Shown here: positions 24,171 through 34,305 of the stretch, piece by piece
Layout: each line of letters starts with the position of its first letter
How positions within the stretch are numbered: the first letter of the stretch is position 1
Origin: Clostridia bacterium
Lineage (GTDB): Bacteria > Bacillota > Clostridia > Christensenellales > UBA1242
Direction: 5' to 3'
Assembly: GCA_045648025.1 (NCBI GenBank)
Contig: JAZRNH010000059.1
Span: 13,242 to 77,241 of the forward strand
Length of the DNA: 64,000 nt
Position numbers and translations under genes: made by a program
Notes under the pieces: generated by a model
Databases searched by the model: none
The model's input: only the letters and a program-made list of their open reading frames with translations
Told to the model about the DNA's origin: nothing

Positions 24171-25236
24171 ATTGTTTTTGTTTTGGATCTTTTGATTCAG
24201 CAGTTGCAGCAGCTTCATCTTTTGCTTTTTGTTCTTTTGCCATTCTCACAAAATAACTTGGAGATGGAAGGTCTTCTTTAATAAGCTTGTCCATTGGCAT
24301 CTTTTTAAGAGTTGAAATAAATTCATCACATTTGTCTAAGATATACTTTTCATCTCTTGAAACAATTTTTTCAACATCTCTTTTAAAGCAACTAATAATA
24401 CTTGCTGCTTTGTCTTCATAAATTGTTCTCAAATAATAGCTTCCGCTTTGAGCCATTTCTTCAGCGATTGCAACTTTTTCTTCTGCAAGTTCAGCAATTG
24501 AAACTTGCTTTGCAGCGGTTCCATATTTCAAACCTTGAGTAGCACCATAAACCGCACTGCTAATCTTTTCGTATTCTTCAAATGTTGCAGTTTCACCTTT
24601 TTTTTGATATTTTTTATAATCAGAATCAACTGCTTTTAATCTCTTTTTATATTCTGCAACTTCTCCTGCTAAGATTTTTTCAAAGTCAGCCGCTGCATCA
24701 TCAATAACTTTTGTTGGGTCTGGAAGATTATAAACTTGAAGTTCAGAAAGTTTCATTCTTCTGAGATCATGAAGAATTTTTCCAACTGCATCTGAGCAGT
24801 GTGAATAAGCATCACCCATACCGTTTTTCTTGAAGTTTGCATTATGACAGTCATTTTCAAAATTGGCAATTTTTGCAGCCATATCTTCGGCAAGAGGATC
24901 ACGAAAAGCAATCATATCTTCGGCAGATACTCCTGTTTTTTCCAACTCTTTATTCATTGCTTTCAAAGCTCTTCTACAAGCCATCATACTGTGATTTTTA
25001 AATCCACCATACATTTTGTGGGTTTCATCAAGTCCACGACCTCTTGGGTCAGGAACAGGAACAAACTCATCACGATAAAAATATTCAACCGCCCTTTCAA
25101 CTTGAAGATAATCATTAACAGTTGCAGATTGACCCTTTGCTAAATAATCTCTATAAACTTGATTTGCAGCAACAACTCTTCTTTTAATTTCAGAAATTCT
25201 AGAAGCGATATCGTCTTTAACATTTTGTCTAGCCAT
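24169..25236 (-). CDS. hypothetical protein with internal two-fold repeat
   Basis: 355 aa with RBS GGAGGA. The two halves share the pattern Y(R/K).Y..KG..AT...Y......AV ... (N/D)LP.P. Confidence 0.7.
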   Translation of the reverse strand: MARQNVKDDIASRISEIKRRVVAANQVYRDYLAKGQSATVNDYLQVERAVEYFYRDEFVPVPDPRGRGLDETHKMYGGFKNHSMMACRRALKAMNKELEKTGVSAEDMIAFRDPLAEDMAAKIANFENDCHNANFKKNGMGDAYSHCSDAVGKILHDLRRMKLSELQVYNLPDPTKVIDDAAADFEKILAGEVAEYKKRLKAVDSDYKKYQKKGETATFEEYEKISSAVYGATQGLKYGTAAKQVSIAELAEEKVAIAEEMAQSGSYYLRTIYEDKAASIISCFKRDVEKIVSRDEKYILDKCDEFISTLKKMPMDKLIKEDLPSPSYFVRMAKEQKAKDEAAATAESKDPKQKQ

Positions 25237-25354
25237 AAACCATGATCCTCCGTCACATATTTACAATTATATTATACAATAATATAAACTGTATAGTCAA
25301 GTCTAAACAAATTTGAAAAAAATGTAACTATTTTATTTTTGTAGATTTTTCATT

Positions 25355-25382
25355 TTGAAAATTTTGCAAATTTTGGCATAAT
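25355..25382 (+). promoter_or_regulatory. extended -10 promoter positioned for a leaderless mRNA
   Basis: TTGAAA (25355-25360), 16 bp, TGGCATAAT (CATAAT at 25377-25382), then 6 nt to the ATG at 25389. No Shine-Dalgarno. Confidence 0.4.
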
Positions 25383-25388
25383 ATTCTT

Positions 25389-26153
25389 ATGGAAAAAGAA
25401 ATATCAAAAGAAGAAATTCAATCACAAAACAAACCAATTAAAAGCAAAAGAAAATGGTATTTTAGATTTTTGAAAAAAATTATGAAATGCAGATACAAAC
25501 AACCTGCATTCATTTATCTTGGTGAAGAATTTGAAACCGGCTCAATAATTTTAAGCAACCACGAAGGCACAGATGCACCAATGTCGCTTGAAATTTATTC
25601 TGGAAAACCTCTTAGAATGTGGGGTGCCCACGAAATGAACTCTGGACTTATCAAAATGTATAAATATCAATCAAGAGTTTATTACCATAAAAAGAAACAT
25701 TGGAACTTGCACCTTGCAAGATTGTTTTGCTTGATTGCCAGTCCCCTCACCAATCTTTTTTATAGCGGTCTCAACTTAATTTCAACCTATCGCGATGGCA
25801 GACTCTCAAAAACCATCAAAGAATCTGTTGAAGCCATAAAAAACGGTGAAAATATTGTTATCTTTCCAGAAGACTCAACAAAGGGTTACTTAGAAGAACT
25901 TGAAGGTTTTTATGCTGGATTTGCACTTCTTGCCGAATCTTGTTATAAAAAAGGCATAGATGTTCCAATCTTTGTAACTTATTTCAGAAAAAAAGATTTA
26001 GTTTATATTGTTGACAAACCTGTTTTATATTCAGAACTTAAAAAACAATTTTCAAACAAAAAAGAAATCGCAGCTCACCTTGTTAAAAGATGCAATGAAC
26101 TTGGTCAAATGCAATTTAACGAAGACACAATTGCCGCTACAAAAAACAAATAA
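25389..26153 (+). CDS. lysophospholipid acyltransferase (PlsC-like) family protein, motif I atypical
   Basis: LSNHEGTDAP is HX3D rather than the canonical HX4D. FPEDSTKG resembles the FPEGTR block. Confidence 0.45.
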   Translation: MEKEISKEEIQSQNKPIKSKRKWYFRFLKKIMKCRYKQPAFIYLGEEFETGSIILSNHEGTDAPMSLEIYSGKPLRMWGAHEMNSGLIKMYKYQSRVYYHKKKHWNLHLARLFCLIASPLTNLFYSGLNLISTYRDGRLSKTIKESVEAIKNGENIVIFPEDSTKGYLEELEGFYAGFALLAESCYKKGIDVPIFVTYFRKKDLVYIVDKPVLYSELKKQFSNKKEIAAHLVKRCNELGQMQFNEDTIAATKNK

Positions 26154-26154
26154 A

Positions 26155-26190
26155 CAAAAAGATGTGCCACCGCACATCTTTTTTTATTTT
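26155..26190. terminator. bidirectional rho-independent terminator
   Basis: Stem AGATGTGC/GCACATCT with loop CACC, flanked by an A-run and a T-run. Confidence 0.8.
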
Positions 26191-27875
26191 TAAATATTTT
26201 CATCAAGCCAAGAAATTCTTCCTGCAAACCAATTATCAATATTTAAAATCATATTTTCAGCTGTTTTAAGACCTGATTTCCATCTAGGAATTTCAAATGT
26301 TAAAAGTTCATTATATACTTCAAGATTCATAGAATTTACTTTTGTTTTAACATCGTTCAAAATATCTGCTTTTGTTTCTTCAAACAATTGTTCATAAATT
26401 TCACAAAATTCATCAATTTCAAATAATAGTTTGTAATAAAAATGTGGTTCATATCTAAGTCTATAAAACATTTCTGCTGAATTAGGAGAGAATATTGAAT
26501 CATAATCCCAAGTTGGTCCCATACAAAGAGGAGAATCTGCTGAATCTTTTTTTGTTAGATAAATATTAGAACCACCAGAATCCCAAGTTCCTAAATAATC
26601 ATGTGTCAAAATCCATTTTGCAAATGATGTATAGTCAATATAATTTGATAATTCATCACTCTTTTCAACCATCAATTCTTCAACTCTTGTGATATACTCT
26701 TTAATGTATGTATATTCTGTTGAATTTTCATCGAAATCATCTGGATCAGGCTCTTTAAATGTAAAATGAGCAAATGTATTTTGAGTTAACGGTGTTGTAA
26801 AGTGCATATCTTCTTTCCACCAATAGGAGTCCTGTTCAATAATATAACCATCATCATCAATAGCACAACGAGATTGTTCATCGCCTTCACCCTTACCCTT
26901 TTCTGCACTTTCTGTAAGAATATACAAGCCTCGATAATCTCCATTAACAAATAGTGTTACATATGAATGTGCGGTAGTATATGCCAAACCAACACTTTCA
27001 CTAACCGCAGTTCCAATTGTTTGATTAAGAGAGTCTCCCGAACCTAAAAGAACCCAATCTTTGTTTTTATATTCTTTATCAGTTCTGTTTGACAATAAAC
27101 CATCTAACAAATCTTTATTTTTTCCAAGTTTAACTTTTAATGAATTTTTTTCTACTGATGCAGAAGTATTTCCTCTTACTCTAATTCTGTCAGCATCTTC
27201 GCCATTAACATCAAGACTGGTATATAAATTATTGTTTTCACTATCATAAATTTCGATGGTTGAATAAACATATTCATTATCAACTATTGATGAACCAATG
27301 CAACCTGATGGTGCATAAACAGTTCTATATGTTGGAATAATACCATCTTTTGTTGTTATTTCAACCCTAGGAAAATTAATTTCTTTTATATCTGGATTAA
27401 AATATCTTGAAAAAGATAATTTTTCATATTCAATAGTTTCATCTGTTTCAAACTCTACTTCAAATTCATATAAAACACCTTTTTCTAGATTTAAAGTAAA
27501 TGTGTGAACTCCCTTTCCAAGTTGACTATCTTCAGTTGAACCAGCACAACTTACAGAAACTGTTGTTGATTCAATTTCTTCTTTATCGTCCCATGAAATA
27601 GTTAATGCACCAGTTTCTGAAATAGAACTTGCAAAATTTGTCATAGCAACAACTGGAACCGGCTCTGGTGCTTCTGGAACTTCAGGTTCTTCTGGGTTTT
27701 CAGGTTCTTCTGGGGTTTCAGGTTCTTCCGGAGTATTTGGTGGTGTAATTGGTGTTTCTTGATTTGTTTGTGGAGATTCATTTGGAGTTGTTTTATCATT
27801 GGAATTACCACAAGCAACTAAAAAAGAACATATTAAAACTAAACATATTGATAAAATTTTTCTTATGTATTTCAT
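26190..27875 (-). CDS. CotH-family lipoprotein
   Basis: The likely start is MKYIRK (ATG at 27875, RBS GGAG), not the upstream track start. Lipobox LVAC-GNS. Pro/Glu-rich linker. The RIRVRGNTS..SLKVKL block is typical of CotH kinase-like proteins. Confidence 0.65.
   Translation of the reverse strand: MKYIRKILSICLVLICSFLVACGNSNDKTTPNESPQTNQETPITPPNTPEEPETPEEPENPEEPEVPEAPEPVPVVAMTNFASSISETGALTISWDDKEEIESTTVSVSCAGSTEDSQLGKGVHTFTLNLEKGVLYEFEVEFETDETIEYEKLSFSRYFNPDIKEINFPRVEITTKDGIIPTYRTVYAPSGCIGSSIVDNEYVYSTIEIYDSENNNLYTSLDVNGEDADRIRVRGNTSASVEKNSLKVKLGKNKDLLDGLLSNRTDKEYKNKDWVLLGSGDSLNQTIGTAVSESVGLAYTTAHSYVTLFVNGDYRGLYILTESAEKGKGEGDEQSRCAIDDDGYIIEQDSYWWKEDMHFTTPLTQNTFAHFTFKEPDPDDFDENSTEYTYIKEYITRVEELMVEKSDELSNYIDYTSFAKWILTHDYLGTWDSGGSNIYLTKKDSADSPLCMGPTWDYDSIFSPNSAEMFYRLRYEPHFYYKLLFEIDEFCEIYEQLFEETKADILNDVKTKVNSMNLEVYNELLTFEIPRWKSGLKTAENMILNIDNWFAGRISWLDENI
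27681..27734 (-). repeat. 3 x 18-bp tandem repeat encoding the PEEPE(x) linker
   Basis: The units are TTCAGGTTCTTCTGGGTT, TTCAGGTTCTTCTGGGGT and TTCAGGTTCTTCCGGAGT. Confidence 0.8.
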
Positions 27876-27973
27876 AATTTCTCCTTTTAGCATAGTTAAT
27901 AACAATTTAATTCTATCTTTATAAAAGAACTTTGTCAATAAAAAAACACCTTCGCTTGAAGGTGTTAGTTGTT

Positions 27974-28489
27974 TTATTTTTTGAATATTTCTAACAGTTT
28001 ATCGGCAAGATATTCACCTCTAAAAAGTTCAATTTTAAAGGCTGGTCTTTTATCAGTTACACTTGCCTCATAAAATTCATCAATTGGGTCAAGCATACTT
28101 CTAACAAAATTTGGTTGATTTCCCCTGTTAAGCATTCTCTGTTCAATTTCATCAATACAATCTTTTGAGTGATAAACCAAACAATAAGGAATTTGATTTT
28201 CATAAATCATTTCAACAATTTGTGGATTTGGAGCAAAAAGCAAAATCTTGTCAGTTTCTTTTAAATATTTCATAATTTGATTTTTGATATATTCTGTCGA
28301 ATCTTCACGAAGTGGCTTTCCCCTGTTTCCTTTAAGTCTTTCCATCTCTGCAACAGACAATTTTTCATAGCCATATTTATATCTGGCTTTCATATCATCA
28401 AAATCAACAAACCTGTCATCAATTTCACAGAGATAACTTTTGCCCACTGCTGGGACACATACAAAAACTCTAATATCTTTTAATTCCAT
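27974..28489 (-). CDS. hypothetical P-loop protein
   Basis: The ATG at 28489 has RBS AAGGAG. VFVCVPAVGKSYL is a Walker-A-like motif. No further assignment. Confidence 0.5.
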   Translation of the reverse strand: MELKDIRVFVCVPAVGKSYLCEIDDRFVDFDDMKARYKYGYEKLSVAEMERLKGNRGKPLREDSTEYIKNQIMKYLKETDKILLFAPNPQIVEMIYENQIPYCLVYHSKDCIDEIEQRMLNRGNQPNFVRSMLDPIDEFYEASVTDKRPAFKIELFRGEYLADKLLEIFKK

Positions 28490-28647
28490 AAAACTCCTTT
28501 TGAAATTTAAGATATTTTTATTATAATACATTAAACAAAAAATGTCAAAATTGAATTTATTGCATAATTAATTTAAATTATTCAAAAAATAATATTATGC
28601 TAACAAAGTTATTAATGTGCTTAATTTTTTCACTTCACGGAGGTTTT

Positions 28648-29064
28648 ATGGAAACAAATCAAATTGGATTAACCGACAAATTTGCCTTAGCTGCCGCCAT
28701 CACAATTTATGATAATGATGAAACTTTCAGTTTTTCAAAAGGCGACGACAAGTTTGAATCTGTTTTATCTTCATTAAAATTTATAACCCAAAACAGCCAC
28801 GAAATGCCTGGCTTTGCAGTCAGCCTAGACAACGAAACCAAACAGGCAATTCAAAACGGCAGATGGCTTGAACTTGAATTTAAAAAAACACAAAAATATA
28901 ATGATATGCCATTTGACTCACTTTTAATTGAGGTTTCAAAAGATTATTCAGGTTTCAATTTAATAAGAAAAACAAATGGCAAATATGAAGGCAGATGTTT
29001 TTATTTAAATTTAAGCCAAAATATGGAACCACTTTATAACACCATAGAGTCTATAATTAAATGA
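28648..29064 (+). CDS. hypothetical protein
   Basis: The ATG at 28648 follows GGAGG. 138 aa with no motif recognised. Confidence 0.55.
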   Translation: METNQIGLTDKFALAAAITIYDNDETFSFSKGDDKFESVLSSLKFITQNSHEMPGFAVSLDNETKQAIQNGRWLELEFKKTQKYNDMPFDSLLIEVSKDYSGFNLIRKTNGKYEGRCFYLNLSQNMEPLYNTIESIIK

Positions 29065-29136
29065 ACTATTTTTTAGTTCATTTTTTTATATTTTTTATTA
29101 TTTTTTAACATTTTTATTTTTTGGCAGTCCGATTGT

Positions 29137-29165
29137 TTGCCAATCAAAGATTATAAAGGTATAAT
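29137..29165 (+). promoter_or_regulatory. sigma-A promoter of the transporter tandem
   Basis: TTGCCA (29137-29142), 17 bp, TATAAT (29160-29165). Confidence 0.55.
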
Positions 29166-29194
29166 GTATATGCAAAATATACAAAGGAAATTTT

Positions 29195-30520
29195 ATGGCA
29201 AAAACAAAATTAACAAAAAATCAATCTGCACTTTTAACTGTGCAACTTATAAGAATTATATTAGAGCTTTTCACAAGCACATTCTTAACATCACACATCA
29301 TATCACTTAGCCCAGACAACATTTTTGGCTCAGGACTATTCAATGTAGCAATTCTTTACATTTCACAATACATTGCATACATTTTGATTTATTCAATCAA
29401 CAGTTATTTCGTTGATAAAAGCAATAGAGTCAATTTCCTCAGAATTGGAATATTTGTAAATGCTTGTTTCGTAATTGCAATTGTTTTGTGGGGTGAAATC
29501 ATTTCACAATGGATTGTTCTCGCTGGTGCAATATGCGGTATATCAAATGCTTTCTATTATTCAAGTTTCAATGTAATGAAAAACGAACTTGTAAACCGAA
29601 TTTATATGAAGAAATTCAGCATTTTAAACACTGTGTTCACAAACCTTATCAATGTAATATTCCCAACTCTTTTGGGTCTTGTTATTGATGTTTCTTCATA
29701 CTCAACAATCGCACTTTATGTTGTTGTTATCATTATTATTCAATTTGTAATTTCACTCTTTATCAAAGCTCCAAAACCAAGTGATTCAAAGCTTGAAGTA
29801 ATGAAATATTTAAGATATTTAAAAGAAAACAAAACCGACCGCAACAAAATCAAATACACATATTACAACGGTTTACTTGCGGGTATCAAAACAACCTATA
29901 AAATTGTAATTATTATTCTTACAATTTTCGCATTTAAAACAAACTTAAGCCTTGGTTTGCTTTCATCTGTATTTTCACTCATCACTATTGGACTTTTAAT
30001 TTTATACAGAAAAGCAGAAGATAAACCAAAAACAAACAAGCTTTTAATTTACTTAACTGTGGGAACTCTTCCACTCATTGCTTGTATAATCTTTATGATT
30101 ATCACAAACAAGGCAACATTTATCATTTTAAACTGTTTCCTCACAATTGCAATTTACTTCTCTGACTATTACGGCGATGCTGAAAGAGATGCAATTATCA
30201 AAAACCTTGGTCACTTTGAATTTATTGCAGAACACAACTTGATTCACGATGTAATGAAATATATCGTTAGCATTTTTGTTTATATTATGTTCATTATCGT
30301 AGCAACTTTTGAAAGCATCACTGCATTTAAAATATTGCTTCTTGCAATGATTGCAATTTGTCCATTTAAATTCTTTATGATGTATAAACAAAGACTTGTT
30401 AGAAAACAATTCGAAAAAGAACTCAAAGAACAAAAAGCTGCTGAAAGAGCCGCTCAAAAAGCTTTAGAACAAGCAGCAAATGAATCACCTGCAAAAGAAA
30501 CTGTTGCAGAACAAAAATAA
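29195..30520 (+). CDS. polytopic membrane transporter (MFS-like), paralog 1
   Basis: Hydrophobic segments run throughout, with a charged C-terminal tail. Clearly homologous to the next gene (for example ELFTSTFLTSHI.SL.PDN..G.GLFNV, FVDKSNR, WIVLAG, AFYYSS..VMKNEL.NR). Confidence 0.6.
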   Translation: MAKTKLTKNQSALLTVQLIRIILELFTSTFLTSHIISLSPDNIFGSGLFNVAILYISQYIAYILIYSINSYFVDKSNRVNFLRIGIFVNACFVIAIVLWGEIISQWIVLAGAICGISNAFYYSSFNVMKNELVNRIYMKKFSILNTVFTNLINVIFPTLLGLVIDVSSYSTIALYVVVIIIIQFVISLFIKAPKPSDSKLEVMKYLRYLKENKTDRNKIKYTYYNGLLAGIKTTYKIVIIILTIFAFKTNLSLGLLSSVFSLITIGLLILYRKAEDKPKTNKLLIYLTVGTLPLIACIIFMIITNKATFIILNCFLTIAIYFSDYYGDAERDAIIKNLGHFEFIAEHNLIHDVMKYIVSIFVYIMFIIVATFESITAFKILLLAMIAICPFKFFMMYKQRLVRKQFEKELKEQKAAERAAQKALEQAANESPAKETVAEQK

Positions 30521-30536
30521 CTTTAAGGAAAACATT

Positions 30537-31775
30537 ATGCCTCACTTAAACAGAACACAAAAATCTCTTATTGCTGTGCATATTCTTAGAATGGTGCTAG
30601 AACTTTTCACTAGCACCTTTTTAACATCACACATTGTTTCCCTCACCCCAGACAATATGCTGGGTGACGGACTATTCAATGTTGGACTTTTCTACATTTC
30701 TCAATTTTTTGTATATGCAGTATTTTATCTTTTAGTTAGTCACTTTGTTGACAAAAGTAACAGAATCGGATTTTTAAGATTCGGAATTGTTATTTATGTG
30801 TTTTTGCTTATTGCCATCGTGTTCTGGGGCGAACAACTTTCAAAATGGATTGTTCTTGCTGGTTCACTCATTGGTTTTTCAGATGCTTTTTATTATTCAA
30901 GCTATCTTGTAATGAAAAACGAACTCACAAACCGCAAAAACATCAAGAACTACAATATTCACACAACCATCTTAACCAACATAACAAAAATTATTGTTCC
31001 AACAATTTTAGGTTTATTAATTGATGTTTCATCTTATTCAAATATTGCAATTTATGTAATCATTTTATCAGTAATTGAATTTGCTATTTCATTTATGATA
31101 AAATCACAAAAACCTGAAAATTCAAGTTTTGAACTCAAAGAATATTTCTCATATTTAAAACAAAACAAAGATATTAGAAAAAAAATCAAATACACATATT
31201 TCAATGCTGCCCTTGTTGGTCCAAAAAGCACTTATAAAATAATTGTAGTTGTTCTCACAATTTACACATTTAAAACAAATTTAAGTCTTGGACTTTTAAC
31301 TTCAATATTTTCAATTATCACAATGCTTTTATTAATGCTCTACAAAAAATTTGATAGTCAAAAAAATTTAAGACAAACACCAATTTATTTAAGCATCGGC
31401 ATCTTACCTGTTATTGCCTGTGTTATTATGGTTATATGGCTCAACAAAACCACTCTTATTGTTTATAATGCCTTTTTAACTATTGCTATTTATTTTTCTG
31501 AATATTTTGGCAGCACCGAAAGAGATGCCATCATTAAAAATGTTGGAAAGTATGAATATATTGCAGAGCATCAATTTATTGTTGAAACCGTTCAAGATAT
31601 CAGCAGAATCATCTCTTATGGCCTCTTTGTAATTGTTGGTTTAATTTCAAGCATAACCGCATTTAAAGTGTTGCTTTTATTTTTAATTTTAATCAACCCT
31701 ATCAAATATTTGGTTATGAACAAACAAAGAAGAATTAGAAAAGAATTTGAAAAACAAGCAGAATCTGCTGCTTAA
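30537..31775 (+). CDS. polytopic membrane transporter (MFS-like), paralog 2
   Basis: The ATG at 30537 has AAGGA upstream; the track start at 30480 would overlap paralog 1. The motif set is the same as in paralog 1. Confidence 0.6.
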   Translation: MPHLNRTQKSLIAVHILRMVLELFTSTFLTSHIVSLTPDNMLGDGLFNVGLFYISQFFVYAVFYLLVSHFVDKSNRIGFLRFGIVIYVFLLIAIVFWGEQLSKWIVLAGSLIGFSDAFYYSSYLVMKNELTNRKNIKNYNIHTTILTNITKIIVPTILGLLIDVSSYSNIAIYVIILSVIEFAISFMIKSQKPENSSFELKEYFSYLKQNKDIRKKIKYTYFNAALVGPKSTYKIIVVVLTIYTFKTNLSLGLLTSIFSIITMLLLMLYKKFDSQKNLRQTPIYLSIGILPVIACVIMVIWLNKTTLIVYNAFLTIAIYFSEYFGSTERDAIIKNVGKYEYIAEHQFIVETVQDISRIISYGLFVIVGLISSITAFKVLLLFLILINPIKYLVMNKQRRIRKEFEKQAESAA

Positions 31776-31917
31776 TTAAAAACAATAAAAAATACCTAAA
31801 AAAATAGGTATTTTTTTATTTTATTTAAACACGGCTGCAAATATCACCGCAAATTTTCAACATTATTGACAATATATATTATTTATGATATAATAACCAT
31901 ATATGGGGAGTGTCAAT

Positions 31918-32889
31918 ATGAAAAAGATAAATGAAGAGTTTTTAAAAGAATATATCGCAACACATATTCTTGGTTATGACAACGACTATAACTTAATCAA
32001 TCTTTTCAGAATGTTTGTGGCTTTTTCTGTTCACAATTTTGAAGAACTCAAAGCTGCACCAAACAAATATGCAAACTTTTTGCTTGAAAATGCAAACTTA
32101 ATTGTCGTTGGAGGTAAACACACAAAAGAAGAACTTCCAAAAATGATTGAATCCGCAAGACTTCACTTAATTAAAAAGATTCAACTTTCATCATCAAAGC
32201 CACAAAAAGACTTTGTTGAAATTGTTAGTGAACTTTCACCAAATAAAAAGTCATCACACATTTTAGATGTTGGTGCGGGAATCATTCCATATTCATCAAT
32301 ACTTTTTGGTGAAGAGTTTGAACATTCATCAACAATGGATAGACGATTCTTTTTAGACAAACAAACCCTTGAAAATATGAATGTCACCCCTTATGACCAA
32401 TTTTTTGATGCAAACACTCCTGTTGATAAATTTGACATTGTTGTTGGAAAAGCTCCATGCTCTGCAATTGAACACATTGTTAGAAATTGTGCAGCTGCCG
32501 GAAAACCATATTTCATTGAGCTTTGTGACTGCAATATTCCAAACAAAAAACCATATATTGCTGACTGGTATGGTTGGCAATCTGTGCTTCCTGAAATTGA
32601 CGAATTTGTGAAATTTTACACTGCTCAAAGCACATTTGCATATAATCTTGATGCAACTGATGAACAAGTGAAAAAAGTTATTGATTCACATATTCCACCA
32701 AAAATCGTTTACAGCCCAACAAGTTTTCCTGTTAAAAGATATTCTGCTTCAAGCAGTTTGTGGCTCACAGATGATGTGACTTATGAACCAGACCATTCTG
32801 ACTGGCAAAAACCAACTCCTCAAAAAAGACCACAACCAATGCCTGACGATTCTGAATTTCTTCAAATGGAAATTTTTGAAAGAAGTTAA
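31918..32889 (+). CDS. hypothetical protein
   Basis: The ATG at 31918 lies 7 nt after GGGGAG. ILDVGAGIIPYSS hints at a Rossmann-type fold. The C-terminus is Pro-rich. Confidence 0.55.
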   Translation: MKKINEEFLKEYIATHILGYDNDYNLINLFRMFVAFSVHNFEELKAAPNKYANFLLENANLIVVGGKHTKEELPKMIESARLHLIKKIQLSSSKPQKDFVEIVSELSPNKKSSHILDVGAGIIPYSSILFGEEFEHSSTMDRRFFLDKQTLENMNVTPYDQFFDANTPVDKFDIVVGKAPCSAIEHIVRNCAAAGKPYFIELCDCNIPNKKPYIADWYGWQSVLPEIDEFVKFYTAQSTFAYNLDATDEQVKKVIDSHIPPKIVYSPTSFPVKRYSASSSLWLTDDVTYEPDHSDWQKPTPQKRPQPMPDDSEFLQMEIFERS

Positions 32890-32891
32890 AC

Positions 32892-32927
32892 AAAAAAGAC
32901 ACTTGAAAATCCAAGTGTCTTTTTTTA
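32892..32927. terminator. bidirectional rho-independent terminator
   Basis: Stem AGACACTTG/CAAGTGTCT with A/T-run flanks. Confidence 0.8.
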
Positions 32928-32929
32928 TT

Positions 32930-34183
32930 TTAACATCTTCCAACCAAAATATTATCCGTTGTTCTGTCAGCTAGTTCTTGAATTGGGTGGTCTTTTGTTT
33001 GATATCTATAATCTTCTCCATTTTTTTGAATATATTCTTTAATCACCATATGACTTGGAACTTGTGCTTCGGTTTTACAAACTTGCTTATTATATTTTTT
33101 GAAATCAGATTTTTCGCCAACATCTCTTGAATCAATATACCCTTCTCTGTCTTTTGTAAAATGCACAGTGCTTTCAATGACATCTCTAATATATTCAATA
33201 TTGCCTTCAAACTTTAATAGTTCTGGAAAATCTCCACCACACGGAAACAAACATTTCCACTCTTTTCCCTCATATTTTTCAAGCATTTCAGCAGCTTTTT
33301 GAAGGTGTCCACACTCCTCATAATACATTTGCTTGTAAACCGCTTTAATGTCTTCATCGGTTTCATCTTGATAGCAAGAATAATACAAATAACACTCTGT
33401 ATATTCATGCATAACCCAATTTTCAAGCCAAGAACAGTTTGTGTCTAAAAGGCTTCCATATTCAGTTACATGTTGTTCTTCAATCATAGCAATTTCAGAA
33501 TATAATTTTCTGCCCTTTTCAGACTTATGCACATTTGCAATGTTCATATAATAATTCATTGTTTGTTGCTCAGCACCAGTGATAATGTTTGTTGTAAGCT
33601 TTGTAAACAAATCTGCAGACATATTGCAAATAAACTTGTTAATACTGTCAAATGGGTGTCTGTGTTCAGAAATTGTTGGTCTTCCCGGCATAATTTCTGT
33701 GTATTTAAGCACAATATCTTTTGCAGACTTTCCCTCTTCTTCTTCAAGCAAATTAGAAAATCTATAAAGATGGTCAAAATCTTCTAGAAGAGCAAAATTC
33801 AAAGCAGATTTCACCGACTCATCTTTCACATGCTTTGCAAGTATTGCAGTAAGGTCAACCGCAAGTTGTTCATAACTAATGGTTGTTTCAAGGTCGGTTT
33901 CATCAATAGGCTTTAAACTTGCAATCATTTTTTGTTGTTGCTGTTCATGTCTTCTGATATTTGCAAGTTCTCTTCTAATATCATTATTATTGCAATGTCT
34001 GTTAAATTGATGCATAAACCAATTTGCTTCAAATTCTGTGCCATTCATCAAAATCATTCTGGTTTTTGTGTAAGGCGAAGCTGTGTTTTTATCATAAGGT
34101 TTTAAACACAAGTTCTTTAGTTCTTTAAATGTTCCATCAACAGGAACTGCATTTTCTTCATAAAACGGATTTACTTTTTTCAT
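32930..34183 (-). CDS. ferritin-like (di-iron carboxylate type) protein
   Basis: ExxH motifs occur in predicted helices (IEEQHV, YEECGHL) together with upstream acidic helices. 417 aa. Confidence 0.4.
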   Translation of the reverse strand: MKKVNPFYEENAVPVDGTFKELKNLCLKPYDKNTASPYTKTRMILMNGTEFEANWFMHQFNRHCNNNDIRRELANIRRHEQQQQKMIASLKPIDETDLETTISYEQLAVDLTAILAKHVKDESVKSALNFALLEDFDHLYRFSNLLEEEEGKSAKDIVLKYTEIMPGRPTISEHRHPFDSINKFICNMSADLFTKLTTNIITGAEQQTMNYYMNIANVHKSEKGRKLYSEIAMIEEQHVTEYGSLLDTNCSWLENWVMHEYTECYLYYSCYQDETDEDIKAVYKQMYYEECGHLQKAAEMLEKYEGKEWKCLFPCGGDFPELLKFEGNIEYIRDVIESTVHFTKDREGYIDSRDVGEKSDFKKYNKQVCKTEAQVPSHMVIKEYIQKNGEDYRYQTKDHPIQELADRTTDNILVGRC

Positions 34184-34305
34184 ATTTTATCTCCTTATAA
34201 AAAATGATTTACCGATAAATAAAAGTTATACAAAAATTTTTGAGTTATATTGAAAATCAAATTTCACTTTGTTATACTTTTTGTGTATTTTAAGGGGATA
34301 AAACT

